Positions 9,555-19,266 of a stretch of DNA of 64,000 nucleotides are shown in pieces. Both the position numbers and the translations under genes were made by a program. The notes under the pieces are model-generated. The model was not told the DNA's origin. It saw nothing but the letters and a program-made list of their open reading frames with translations, and did no database searches. Position 1 is the stretch's first letter, and each line of letters begins with the position of its first letter. This DNA is from Oligoflexia bacterium (GTDB lineage: Bacteria; Bdellovibrionota; UBA1018), in NCBI GenBank assembly GCA_903935335.1, contig CAIZRG010000054.1:106306-170305 (forward strand), read 5' to 3'.

Positions 9555-11012
9555 TTAAATGGAGTGGCTCTTTATTTTACGAATAAAATCAAAGACCCTG
9601 GCTTTAAGATGATCAATTGAGTCTGAATTATCTAAAATCCAAGTCGCATATTTTCTTTTTTCTAAGAGCGAGGCTTGTGAGTTGATCATTTTTTCTGCAA
9701 GTTCTGGATCAATCTGATCTCTTGAGATCAGGCGCTGAATTTGATTTTCTTTAGTAGTTTCAACTAAAATAAGTTGATTAAAATCTCGATATCTGCCCGT
9801 TTCTACAATGAGACTTGCTTCATAAACAATGAGGCTGTGAGTTTGACTGAATTGCTGAATTTTTTTCAAGCTTTCTAAATAAATGAGAGGATGGAGAATA
9901 GCTTCAAGCTTTTGCTTTGCTTCTTCATTAAAAAAAATAAGTTCCCTGAGTTTTTTTCGGTTGCCTGTTCCTAGTTGCTCAATGATTGTTGGATATGCTA
10001 AACCCTTTTCAGACGAGAGCTCTCGTGAAATTTGATCAGCGTCAATCACTGGGATTCCTTGCTCTAAGAAGATTCGAGCCACAGTTGATTTTCCAGATGC
10101 AATTCCACCGGTTAAGCCCAAAATTTGGATTTTTTCCAGTTGTTTAGCTTCATTCCAAAATTGATCCATTTCTTCTAGGTTGGATTCTTTTGGAGATTTT
10201 CCAGATGTTTTGAGGCGATTTTCAACATGTCGGAATCGCTTTTCAAATCGAAACACAGTTTGCCTGAGGGCATCCTCAGGGCTGATTTTGAAGTGATGAG
10301 CGATATTACAAACCGAAAAAAGAAGGTCTCCTAGCTCCGCGGCAAGTTCTACGCTTGGGTTCTTAGGATTGTTTTGATTAGGGTGCTTTGTTTTTTCTTT
10401 TTCCAGTTTCAAAACTTCTGCTTTCAATTCATTGAGTTCCTCTTGAAGTTTGTCTAGGGGACCTTCAATATCTTTCCATTGAAATCCAACTTGAGTCACT
10501 TTTTCAATGACTCGAGCAGTGCGTTGAAGGGCAGGAAGGTTTTTAGGTAGACCCTCAAGAATTCCAGATCCAAGCTTAGATTTTTTTTCCTTTGCTTTTT
10601 CTTGTTCCCAGTTTTGAAGTGCGCTTTCAGTAGAGTGGGCTTGAATTTCACCAAACACATGAGGGTGTCTACGAATGAGCTTTTCTTGTAAAGCATGGGC
10701 TACGTCGTAGATATCAAATGCTCCTGCCTCACGAGTCATTTCTGAGTGCAGCAGAACTTGCATGAGTAGATCTCCTAGCTCTTCTCGGAAATCGTTTCGA
10801 ATCTTTGGAATTTTTAAATCATTTTCGGTTTCAATTTGATCTAAAACATCTAAAACTTCATAAGCTTCTTCAATGAGGTAGGGACGAAGAGTTTGGTGGG
10901 TTTGAGATCGATCCCAGGGGCAGCCTCCAGGAGCTCTCAATCGATGTACAGTTTGAATGAGTTGAAAAAGAATGTTTTCTTGAGTGGGGTTCATGGATAA
11001 ACCGTGTATCAT
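9555..11012 (-). CDS. mazG: MazG nucleoside triphosphate pyrophosphohydrolase fused to dephospho-CoA kinase CoaE
   Basis: LRAPGGCPWD, EEAYE, EELGDLL, RRHPHVF and a second MazG repeat ELGDLLF. Then in the same frame ILGLTGGIASGKSTV, IDAD, LEAILHP, EASLIVE (CoaE). Confidence 0.92.
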   Translation of the reverse strand: MIHGLSMNPTQENILFQLIQTVHRLRAPGGCPWDRSQTHQTLRPYLIEEAYEVLDVLDQIETENDLKIPKIRNDFREELGDLLMQVLLHSEMTREAGAFDIYDVAHALQEKLIRRHPHVFGEIQAHSTESALQNWEQEKAKEKKSKLGSGILEGLPKNLPALQRTARVIEKVTQVGFQWKDIEGPLDKLQEELNELKAEVLKLEKEKTKHPNQNNPKNPSVELAAELGDLLFSVCNIAHHFKISPEDALRQTVFRFEKRFRHVENRLKTSGKSPKESNLEEMDQFWNEAKQLEKIQILGLTGGIASGKSTVARIFLEQGIPVIDADQISRELSSEKGLAYPTIIEQLGTGNRKKLRELIFFNEEAKQKLEAILHPLIYLESLKKIQQFSQTHSLIVYEASLIVETGRYRDFNQLILVETTKENQIQRLISRDQIDPELAEKMINSQASLLEKRKYATWILDNSDSIDHLKARVFDFIRKIKSHSI

Positions 11013-11525
11013 ATTGCCATGTCACACAGTAGTATTGAAACTCATCAGCGCTTAGCCCAAAAAAAGCTCATTCAGATTTTGAAGTTAGCTCAGAGTTTTT
11101 CAGGGCTATCTCGCTTGGGTCCTAAGCCCCCTTGGTCAGTTACTCTGGAATGGGTGGGTTCTAAAACCATGACTCGGCTGAATGGGGTTTTTCGTGGTAA
11201 GTTTGTTTCTACAGATATTCTTAGCTTTCCTACGACTCGTATTTTTCAGGAGCAAGGTCTTCTGGGTGAACTTGTGATTTGTTTGCCTGTTTTAAAAGCT
11301 CAGGCTAAAAAATATGGGACCCTTCGGCAAGAAATAGAGGTTTTAATCGTACATGGGGTGCTTCATCTTTTAGGTTTAGATCATGAGGTCAACCCAAAAG
11401 AAGCAAAGAGAATGGCTCGATGGGAAGTCAAGCTTTTGGAAGCTTTGTGGGGGGTTAGATCGAAGGATCCCCAGAAAAGACTGGGCTTGATCGATCGCGT
11501 TTACTCAGGTATGAAAGTCTCATGA
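11004..11525 (+). CDS. ybeY: rRNA maturation endoribonuclease YbeY
   Basis: TDILSFP, LGELVIC, HGVLHLLGLDH. Start may be the ATG at 11019. Confidence 0.93.
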   Translation: MYHIAMSHSSIETHQRLAQKKLIQILKLAQSFSGLSRLGPKPPWSVTLEWVGSKTMTRLNGVFRGKFVSTDILSFPTTRIFQEQGLLGELVICLPVLKAQAKKYGTLRQEIEVLIVHGVLHLLGLDHEVNPKEAKRMARWEVKLLEALWGVRSKDPQKRLGLIDRVYSGMKVS

Positions 11526-12695
11526 CCTCCGATCAAGATACAAGTCACTGGATAGTTGCTCCGCATGAAATTCGTGAAATCTTATCTCAATTAAGTGAAA
11601 AATTGAATTTTCTTCGAGGTTCCCTTTGACCTGACGGTCAAAAATCGTCGAATCCAAGAACTGACGGATCTTTCCCATCAAGAAAACTTCTGGAATAACA
11701 ACCAAAAAGCTCAGCTTTTGACTCGTGAAAAATCTCGACTTGAGAATGAAGTTCATGAATTTCTTGATTTGGAGCGTTCCTTTCAAGATTCTAGTACTTT
11801 GTTTGAACTTGCTTTCGAGGAAAATGATGAACAAGTTTTAAAAGAAGTTTTTCAATCCATTCAAGTTCTGAAAGCTCAGTTTGAAAAAGTAGAATTCCAT
11901 AAAATGCTTTCTGAGGAAGTCGATTCTAAAAACGCTATTTTAACGATTAACGCTGGGGCGGGTGGGACCGAGTCACAAGATTGGGCCCAGATGCTTTTAC
12001 GGATGTATCAGCGTTGGGCTCAAAGCAAAGATTTTAAGGTCGAACTCTTAGATGCTTTAACAGGTGAAGAAGCAGGGATCAAAAATGTGACTTTGATGAT
12101 TTCTGGAGCATATGCTTATGGTCAACTCAAGTCTGAGGCAGGGGTGCATCGCTTGGTTCGAATTTCACCCTTTGATTCAAATTCTAGAAGGCACACCTCT
12201 TTTACGAGTGTTTTTGTAACTCCTGAAATCGATGATGACTTTGAAGTAGTGATTAACCCTACCGATCTTCGGATTGATGTCTACCGAGCAGGAGGGAAGG
12301 GGGGCCAAGGAGTGAATACCACTGATTCAGCAGTTCGAATTACTCATATCCCTAGTGGAATTGTTGTGGCTTGTCAGCAGGAGCGATCCCAAATTAAGAA
12401 CAAGGACTTAGCCATGAAAGTCTTAAAGTCAAGGCTTTACGAACGGCATTTGGAAGAAGAAAGAAAGAAGCAAGCAGTCATTGAAGATACAAAAAAAGAA
12501 ATATCCTGGGGCAATCAAATTAGGTCTTATGTTTTGCATCCTTATAAAATGGTGAAAGACCATCGAACTGGATTTGTTGTTCCTACAGCTGAAAAAACTT
12601 TAGATGGAGATTTAGACGGATTGATGAAAGCTTATTTGACCTGTCGTATGACCGGAGAATGGGCTCGAGCTGGATCAGGAGATGACTTGGTTTAG
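11522..12695 (+). CDS. prfB: Peptide chain release factor 2 (programmed +1 frameshift)
   Basis: ATG 11522 gives MTSDQ...NFLRGSL, then CTT TGA C at 11624-11630. The +1 frame continues DLTVKNRRIQEL...FWNN into the tracked ORF, which has SPF and GGQ motifs. Confidence 0.95.
11614..11630 (+). promoter_or_regulatory. prfB frameshift site (internal Shine-Dalgarno GAGGT + CTT TGA C)
   Basis: Sequence cgaggt tcc ctt tga c matches the established RF2 autoregulatory signal. Confidence 0.93.
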
Positions 12696-12778
12696 CATAG
12701 GATTGTTCTTTTAGTTGACATTCTAGATCTGATAATGCCTGATAGGATAGTGAAAGAAGAAAAGAGTAAAGAGGTTTT

Positions 12779-13660
12779 TTGATGGTAACGAAAGCTCAGA
12801 CTCGAAAACTTTTTAAAGATCTCGGTCGAGTGGATCATGCTTTTGCAAAAAAAATGGAGCCTTTTTTAAGTGGTCTTTTCCATCATTATTTTCGTTGCCA
12901 GGTTCAGGGGTGGGAAAATGTTCCAAAGGGGAAGGCTCTCTATGTTGGAAACCACAATGGTCTTTTGACATTTGAAGTATTGATGGTTTTTTATGCTTGG
13001 TGGAAGAAATTTGGGGTATCACGTCGTGCTTTGGGTCTAGCTCATAGTGTAGCCCTCAATAACCCTTTTTTTAAGTGGATTATCCCTCGTTTGGGAGCGA
13101 TTCCTGCAGATCCAGAAATTGCGCTTGAAGCACTCAATCGGGATTACTCTCTATTAGTTTATCCAGGAGGGGAGAAAGAAGCTTTTAGGCCTTTTTTGGA
13201 GCGGAAAAAAGTAGATTTTTATCAGCGTAAGGGGTTTATCCGACTTGCTTTAAACGCTAAGGTTCCTATTGTCCCTTTAGTGAGTATTGGAGCTCATGAG
13301 AGTTATGTGATCTTGCATCGAGGAGAAGAGATTGCAGAAAAGCTGGGTTTGAAAGAAAAATTCCGTCTTCATGGAGTTCCAATTACATTTCGTTCTTTGT
13401 TTTTTTTATGGTGTTTAGCAACAGGTTTGTTTACTATTTTCCCTCTTCTAATGGCTCCTGTAGCCTTTTTAGCGATTTTTATACCGATGCCAGTAAAGAT
13501 GGGTTTTAGGATTCTTCCCCCAATTGATATCGTTTCTATGATCAATTCTGAATTATCAGAGGAGCAAAACCTGCAGGTGATTTACGATCATGTGACAGGG
13601 TTGATGCAATCCGTTTTGACTGAAGAGTATGGTAAAAGGAAGTTTCCGTTTTTAGGTTAG
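12779..13660 (+). CDS. Lysophospholipid/diacylglycerol acyltransferase family protein
   Basis: LYVGNHNG, LVYPGGEKE, RKGFIRLAL, VPIVP. Confidence 0.85.
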   Translation: MMVTKAQTRKLFKDLGRVDHAFAKKMEPFLSGLFHHYFRCQVQGWENVPKGKALYVGNHNGLLTFEVLMVFYAWWKKFGVSRRALGLAHSVALNNPFFKWIIPRLGAIPADPEIALEALNRDYSLLVYPGGEKEAFRPFLERKKVDFYQRKGFIRLALNAKVPIVPLVSIGAHESYVILHRGEEIAEKLGLKEKFRLHGVPITFRSLFFLWCLATGLFTIFPLLMAPVAFLAIFIPMPVKMGFRILPPIDIVSMINSELSEEQNLQVIYDHVTGLMQSVLTEEYGKRKFPFLG

Positions 13661-13705
13661 TTTGGGTCTAAGCTCGAGTTGAATCAAAGAGTGTTTTGAA
13701 CTTCA

Positions 13706-13734
13706 TTGACTTTAGAGAAACGTTCAGTTAAATT
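13706..13734 (+). promoter_or_regulatory. Putative sigma70 promoter of tRNA-Asp
   Basis: TTGACT, 17-bp spacer, TAAATT, about 40 bp upstream of the tRNA. Confidence 0.5.
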
Positions 13735-13775
13735 TCGTGTTTAAATATTCTTGCTTAGTGCAAGTTATTGAAAGC

Positions 13776-13852
13776 GGGGGCGTAGTTGAGTTGGTTACAA
13801 CGTCGCCCTGTCACGGCGAAGGTCGTGGGTTCGAGTCCCATCGCTCCCGCCA
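13776..13852 (+). tRNA. tRNA-Asp(GTC)
   Basis: Acceptor GGGGGCG/CGCTCCC, anticodon arm TCGCC-CTGTCAC-GGCGA, GGTTCGAGTCC T-loop, encoded CCA. Confidence 0.97.
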
Positions 13853-13921
13853 TTTTTCGAAGGGTTTCTTGGTAAGTTGAGTTAAGTGCTAGGAACCTCT
13901 CGAAAAATGAAAAATAACTCG

Positions 13922-13958
13922 AAAAACCCCGAAATTTTACGATTTCGGGGTTTTTTTT
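13922..13958 (+). terminator. Rho-independent terminator after tRNA-Asp
   Basis: AAAAACCCCGAAAT-loop-ATTTCGGGGTTTTTTTT. Confidence 0.8.
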
Positions 13959-13976
13959 ATTACCTTTGCTACACTG

Positions 13977-14278
13977 CTTGATGTGATCAGAGTCGCAATC
14001 CTCTCCTGATCTATTTTGTAGTCATGTTCATCGTGTCTTTCTTTATGAGTAAGAGGCTGTGAGCTATATACGGGGAATCTGCTACACTATCGTTCACAGC
14101 AGCATCCAACAACTTCGAGCTGGCTATTGCTGTTGCTATAGCAACCTTTGGAATCAATCATGGAGCTGCATTTACAGCGGTCATCGGACCTTTGGTCGAA
14201 GTGCCAGCCTTAATCGGTCTTGTGAATGTAGCTTTGTGGTTTAGGAAGAAATCTTTTTTGAAGGAACAGGTGGCGTGA
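13977..14278 (+). pseudogene. acr3: ACR3-family arsenite efflux transporter, C-terminal remnant
   Basis: PLLIYFVVMF...[33 protein letters not shown]...[15 protein letters not shown]. Internal TGA at 14060. 5' part missing. Confidence 0.88.
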
Positions 14279-14542
14279 TGGAATCCTGGAAATCAGACTA
14301 TCAAGCGCCCAATGGTCTGGTCAAAATAAAAGCTGCCCAAAAAAGAGCTGTCCTTGAAATTCGTGTCCAGGCATAACCAGCAACCACGATAGCCAGCAGA
14401 ACGCTAAAGATGATTGCAGCCCCGCCATAGCCTGGTTTTAGCCAGGGTAACTGCCCGATTGCAAGTGAGCTGATCAAAGGTGTTAGCTAGGACACCTGGG
14501 TGGGTTAATTATGTGTAATCACAAGACCACCGTCACTCCCTC

Positions 14543-14583
14543 CAAAAAACCCAAATCATTCGAAAGAATGGTTTGGGTTTTTG
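14543..14583. terminator. Hairpin/terminator upstream of the AbiE operon
   Basis: CAAAAAACCCAAATCATTC-GAAA-GAATGGTTTGGGTTTTTG. Confidence 0.6.
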
Positions 14584-14662
14584 TTGCTCCTTGTGTTTAT
14601 TGTATTATACTGTATTGTCAATAACAGGAAATTAAGGATAATAGAATTTTAAGTGTAACAAA

Positions 14663-15490
14663 ATGAGTCTATCGCTAACTGGTCCTGAAATTAAGTTTCT
14701 TTCTTGGGCGCAAAACCGAAAGAGGTTTGTTGTTCGCTCTGGAGACGCACAAACGTCATTGAAGATATCCAAACAACAGGAAGCGAAGATTTATTCTTCA
14801 CTGACTCAGCGAGGTGTGATCGCCCAGATTAAACGTGGACTTTATCTCGTGCCACCGACGATTCCGCCTGGTGGGAAGTGGGCACCGTCCGCTTTCTTGA
14901 TTTTGGATGTCGCCATGTCTGACATTGAAGCCAGTCAATATCAAATAACTGGAATGTCAGCCTTTAACCTGTATGGATTAACTGAGCAGATTCCCAATCG
15001 GATTGATGTTTACAATGACAAGATATGGGGAGAGAAAAATCTCGCTGGTCAGGAGTTTCGATTTATTAAAACCGACCGATCGAGATTGGGCTATACAAGG
15101 AACGTTAAAACGGATGATCAAGGTGTTTTGGGAGGTCGAGAAGTTCAGGCTCCTTATAGTAATCTGCCCCGTGCTATTTTTGATGCGGTCTATGATTATG
15201 AGCGTTTTGGAACTCTACCCAATGCCTACCAGTGGATCAGGGTCAGATTGGGTGAAAAAGAAAAGATGGCTGAGTTTGTCGAAATCTGTCTCAAGTTGGG
15301 AAATGTTTCGACACTCAGGCGAATTGGTTTTTTTTTGGATCAGGTGAATTTTTCTAGCGTCGTGGTAGCAAGGTTCAAACGAAAGCTGAAGAAAACAACC
15401 TCCTATATTCCGCTTGATCCGACCCGACCTAACAGAGGCAAGACATACAGAGATTGGGGGATTATCGACAATGAATCCATTCCCGCATGA
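14663..15490 (+). CDS. Type IV TA antitoxin, AbiEi family
   Basis: wHTH-like IKRGLYLVP, ITGMSAFNLYGLTEQIP, RAIFD, LRRIGFFL. Overlaps the toxin gene. Confidence 0.85.
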   Translation: MSLSLTGPEIKFLSWAQNRKRFVVRSGDAQTSLKISKQQEAKIYSSLTQRGVIAQIKRGLYLVPPTIPPGGKWAPSAFLILDVAMSDIEASQYQITGMSAFNLYGLTEQIPNRIDVYNDKIWGEKNLAGQEFRFIKTDRSRLGYTRNVKTDDQGVLGGREVQAPYSNLPRAIFDAVYDYERFGTLPNAYQWIRVRLGEKEKMAEFVEICLKLGNVSTLRRIGFFLDQVNFSSVVVARFKRKLKKTTSYIPLDPTRPNRGKTYRDWGIIDNESIPA

Positions 15491-16349
15491 GGATCACGAG
15501 GTTTTTAAGGAAGCTCTACGTTACACTCAAAAACAAACGGGATTTAATATTAGATTGATAGAGAAGGACTATTACTGCTCTGTGATTCTGAGTCTACTCT
15601 ATGCAGATTTCCCCGATATATTTTTCAAAGGCGGAACTCTTCTCAATAAGGTTCATACAGGGTTCTATCGGTTGAGTGAGGATTTGGATTTTTCGATTTC
15701 TGTGAGTCACGAAGCTAAACGTAGCGAGCGAAGTAAAAAGGCAGCTCCCTTTAAACCCTTTATTGAAGCTCTTTCAAAGAAGGTTGCTGGTTGTCAGGTG
15801 GTACGCCCCTTGACCGGAAGCAATGGCTCCGTTCAGTATAATGCTGAAGTGAAATATATTTCGGTCCTTACGGGGTTTGAGGATCGGATATTGTTTGAGA
15901 TTGGCTTACGGGAAGAACTAACTGACAAGGATCATGTGGGTAAGGCGGCGACGTTGGTTGTTGACCCGTATTCGGATTCATCGTTGCTACCTTATGTTGA
16001 GGTTCGTTGCCTTTCTTTGCGGGAGGCTTATTCAGAAAAGATTCGAGCTGCTCTTGCCCGTCAAAAGGTGGCGATAAGAGATGTGTACGACGTTTGGCAT
16101 GCTGTCGAGAAAGGTATCATAAATCTAGAGGATCAGGAGATTGCAAAGCTCGTGGCAAAAAAGATGACAATTCCAGAACCTCTTGAGATTCGCATCGGGG
16201 CAGATCGCAAAGCTGAATTCAAGGCGCAGATCGAGACACAGTTAAAGTCCGTGCTTAGGGGGTTGGATTTTAAGGCGTTTGATTTTGAAAAAGCTTGGGC
16301 ACAGTTGGGGCAGGTGGCGGAAAAGGTAAAGCCGTATTTGGGGAAATGA
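15471..16349 (+). CDS. Type IV TA toxin, AbiEii nucleotidyltransferase
   Basis: LIEKDYY, FKGGTLLNK, RLSEDLDF, EKIRA, RDVYD. Likely start is the ATG at 15471. Confidence 0.9.
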   Translation: MNPFPHEDHEVFKEALRYTQKQTGFNIRLIEKDYYCSVILSLLYADFPDIFFKGGTLLNKVHTGFYRLSEDLDFSISVSHEAKRSERSKKAAPFKPFIEALSKKVAGCQVVRPLTGSNGSVQYNAEVKYISVLTGFEDRILFEIGLREELTDKDHVGKAATLVVDPYSDSSLLPYVEVRCLSLREAYSEKIRAALARQKVAIRDVYDVWHAVEKGIINLEDQEIAKLVAKKMTIPEPLEIRIGADRKAEFKAQIETQLKSVLRGLDFKAFDFEKAWAQLGQVAEKVKPYLGK

Positions 16350-16572
16350 TGCATAGGACTTTTTCTATTATGATATATTTAAATTTAAAGAGAGGTTTGC
16401 AATTTCATTTCTCGTACTAGCCCCGCTGTTATGTCTCCATCGTTCAATTCCTTCAACTCCCGATCTTTCTGGTTAAAGACACTTTATGCGCTATAAAAAG
16501 AACCCTTTTGAAGCAATTTGGGGTTCAAAAAGTTCCGCTCATTCGACTGTATTAGCAGGAGTTCTTCATTTT

Positions 16573-17169
16573 TTAAATATTCTTAGTTTTTAGAGTAAAA
16601 TTGTTTTTTCTAACACTTGTCGATAAAGTCCAGTGAGTCTGAAATTTTTGAATCAGGCACGATGGATCGGTATCATGAAGTACCCGTTTATGTTGATCTG
16701 GTCGGATGAACTCCTCTTTTAAGCTAAGCTCAAATAGTTGGAGGAGGGGAACAAAATATTCATTAATATTTAATAATCCGGTTGGTTTTTGATGAAGGCC
16801 AATATTTGACCAAGTGAGTACTTCACAGAATTCATCAAGCGTTCCAAAGCCCCCAGGCATTGCAATAAATCCATCTGATAATTCTATCATCAAGGCCTTG
16901 CGTTCGTGCATTGTATTTACAATTCGTAAATCAGTGAGTCCTTGGTGAGCAATTTCCCTGTCAACCAGGTGTTGAGGCATAACTCCAATGACATGGCCTC
17001 CAGCCGAAATAACAGCATCCGCAATTGCTCCCATCAAGCCAACACTTGCGCCACCATAAACCAAACCAATGTTCTGCTCTGCCATTAATTTTCCTAAAGC
17101 AGAAGCTGCTTTCATATAGCTGGGATGCACTCCAGAATTTGCTCCACAAAATACTGTGATTCTCTTCAT
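16573..17169 (-). CDS. LOG family nucleotide phosphoribohydrolase (TIGR00730-like)
   Basis: VYGGASVGLMG, MHERK, PGGFGTLDE. Confidence 0.92.
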   Translation of the reverse strand: MKRITVFCGANSGVHPSYMKAASALGKLMAEQNIGLVYGGASVGLMGAIADAVISAGGHVIGVMPQHLVDREIAHQGLTDLRIVNTMHERKALMIELSDGFIAMPGGFGTLDEFCEVLTWSNIGLHQKPTGLLNINEYFVPLLQLFELSLKEEFIRPDQHKRVLHDTDPSCLIQKFQTHWTLSTSVRKNNFTLKTKNI

Positions 17170-17458
17170 TTGATCTCCTGAATGACAAGCTTATCCAATA
17201 TCTTTCAACCTACCATGCTGGGTCAGTCCCGATAGGACTGAAGAGGAGCAATGATCTTCCCCTCGTAAAACGGGCAGTCAGTTAAGCAACTAAATCCATC
17301 ATTAAAATCTATCCCATTATCTTAGGTCGCTTATATTATAAATGTGTGCGCCGTTGACGATCAACGGTATTTTTTATTATTTTTTTAACTTTATGTTGAC
17401 TGACTTTCTGTCCTAATCCCTTTAGGGCTTTAAAAAAATGAGGTGACCAATAGATATA

Positions 17459-18919
17459 TTATTTCCAGAATTCTACACGATAATTACCTGATCCGTCTGC
17501 TGGAGGCTGATGAGTTAAATCAAACCAATTGCATCTATGATCGCCCCCGCCTCTAACATGAATCCAGCGATCTGTTTTTTTCCAAATACCATCAAAATCA
17601 AGATTACTGGCTGTACGACGAGGCAGCTGTTTCTTGTTGTGAAAAACTGATGGAGTTGTAGAATGTGGATGATGTAAGTTCCCAAAAATAGAATATCCAT
17701 GCTTTTCAGGAATATAGTCAATCCAAGGATCATTCTCAGATCCTTCATTTACAATATCTGGGCGAACCTTAATTGACTTTCCAGCAGAAGTTTTCTCATA
17801 GTAGGCATAGGCATCATTTAATATTGTTGCATATACTGTCCTACTGAGTTGAGGCACATAATATTTACTCAATATCTCTCCACTTTCTGGATGCTTGTAA
17901 TTTAATGCCGTTTGAGCTCGTAACAAATTTGCGTTAATTATGGCATTCTTTAAAGCTTCTATTGTGAACGGATTATTTACCAACTGCATAAATTGATTTT
18001 CTGTCCTACCTTTTTTCGTCATAGTCTGGTTGAACAGCAGTCCCCACTTGCTTAATTTTTTCATAGCAGAAGGTTTGAAGAGCTCATCTTTCCTCATTCG
18101 ATCTTGATTAGGTCTTAGATCTCCTACCTCCATGTCAGTAAAGATAGCAGCATCTTTTTTTTCGTTCTCAATCGAGTGAACAATAATTATAGGTTTTAGT
18201 ATATCAATGCGAAAGTATACTGGTATTTGATCAGAGAAAGCATCTTGATTCACTTTTATAGTTGGAATTTCTCGGATGTCTCTCAACCTTACGTTTTGAA
18301 TTCCTTGTTCTCTAAGCTTTTCTGTTAGAACATTATCAGTGTTATTAAATGCAGCACTGGTTACAAACATGCCATCATACCAAAGATTTACTTCTGCAGT
18401 TGGATTAGCTATTGCCCATTTGATAACCTGAGCTAACAATTCCATTTGTAGTTCAGTTTCATCTTGAGCTGAAGAAATATATTTTTGTTCTGAATTCAAT
18501 TTTTTATTAATCCATATTAAATTGATTGAATACGAGTTAGGCACTTCAATACTCTCATAAAATTTTCCTGGTAGGCTTCCATCACATTCTAGCAATTGCG
18601 GAGTTACACTCTGTTGTATCGACTTGATTAGCTCTCCTACTTGATTTGGAATTTCAGTTAAACTGATTGAACCCGAATTGGAGGTCTGAAGCTTAAATTT
18701 CTCAATTGTAGATTGAACTACATATCCTCCATCAAACTCGACTTCCAGAATGTTTTTACCAAACTCTGATTTTAGAATTTTCTTTACTGTTCCTACTAAA
18801 AAGATTTTATGCCCACTTCCAATGTATTCAACTCTGTCACCCACATTAAAGGCGAAAACATCTTTAACTAAAAAAATTAAGAATACCACGATTATAGTCT
18901 TATTTTTTGATTTTACCAT
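17459..18919 (-). CDS. Secreted protein with an SH3-like domain and a toxin-type glycosyltransferase-like domain
   Basis: Signal peptide, FNVGDRVEY...GTVKKI...EVEFDGG, then INLIWIN, KWAIANPTAEVNLWYDG, VRLRDIR, YFRIDILK, IFTDMEV (DxE), ENQFM. Confidence 0.6.
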   Translation of the reverse strand: MVKSKNKTIIVVFLIFLVKDVFAFNVGDRVEYIGSGHKIFLVGTVKKILKSEFGKNILEVEFDGGYVVQSTIEKFKLQTSNSGSISLTEIPNQVGELIKSIQQSVTPQLLECDGSLPGKFYESIEVPNSYSINLIWINKKLNSEQKYISSAQDETELQMELLAQVIKWAIANPTAEVNLWYDGMFVTSAAFNNTDNVLTEKLREQGIQNVRLRDIREIPTIKVNQDAFSDQIPVYFRIDILKPIIIVHSIENEKKDAAIFTDMEVGDLRPNQDRMRKDELFKPSAMKKLSKWGLLFNQTMTKKGRTENQFMQLVNNPFTIEALKNAIINANLLRAQTALNYKHPESGEILSKYYVPQLSRTVYATILNDAYAYYEKTSAGKSIKVRPDIVNEGSENDPWIDYIPEKHGYSIFGNLHHPHSTTPSVFHNKKQLPRRTASNLDFDGIWKKTDRWIHVRGGGDHRCNWFDLTHQPPADGSGNYRVEFWK

Positions 18920-19266
18920 ATGTATTTAATTCTTTTTTATTTATTAAAAAGTTCGATTTCTATGTCAATCCTATTTTTTTAATCATCTTAATTCGACTGT
19001 CTAAACCTTAGCCAGCTGAAGTCGGAAATTTTATAGTTTCTTGCTCATTTGTCGTGCCCTGAGACTCTCGGGTTGTTCGGTTCGAATAATGGTCCACCAC
19101 TGTTTTGGTATTTTTGCGTTGTTTGGATTTCAGTTACTTTGTAATAAGAAAATTAGATGGAAATACCCAACCATCAGAATTATTTTTATTAAATTTTTGA
19201 AGAAATACTATTCTTACCAAATTTTATTGATCGTGCCAAATGAGCACCATGAATCCCTTTCGTTCT

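Noticed and set aside
11718-12695. RF2 apparently truncated at its N-terminus
   Set aside because: Explained by the well-known programmed +1 frameshift. Neither a pseudogene nor novel.
14059-14244. Cys-rich 61-aa ORF resembling a RiPP or metallothionein
   Set aside because: Alternative frame of the acr3 remnant.
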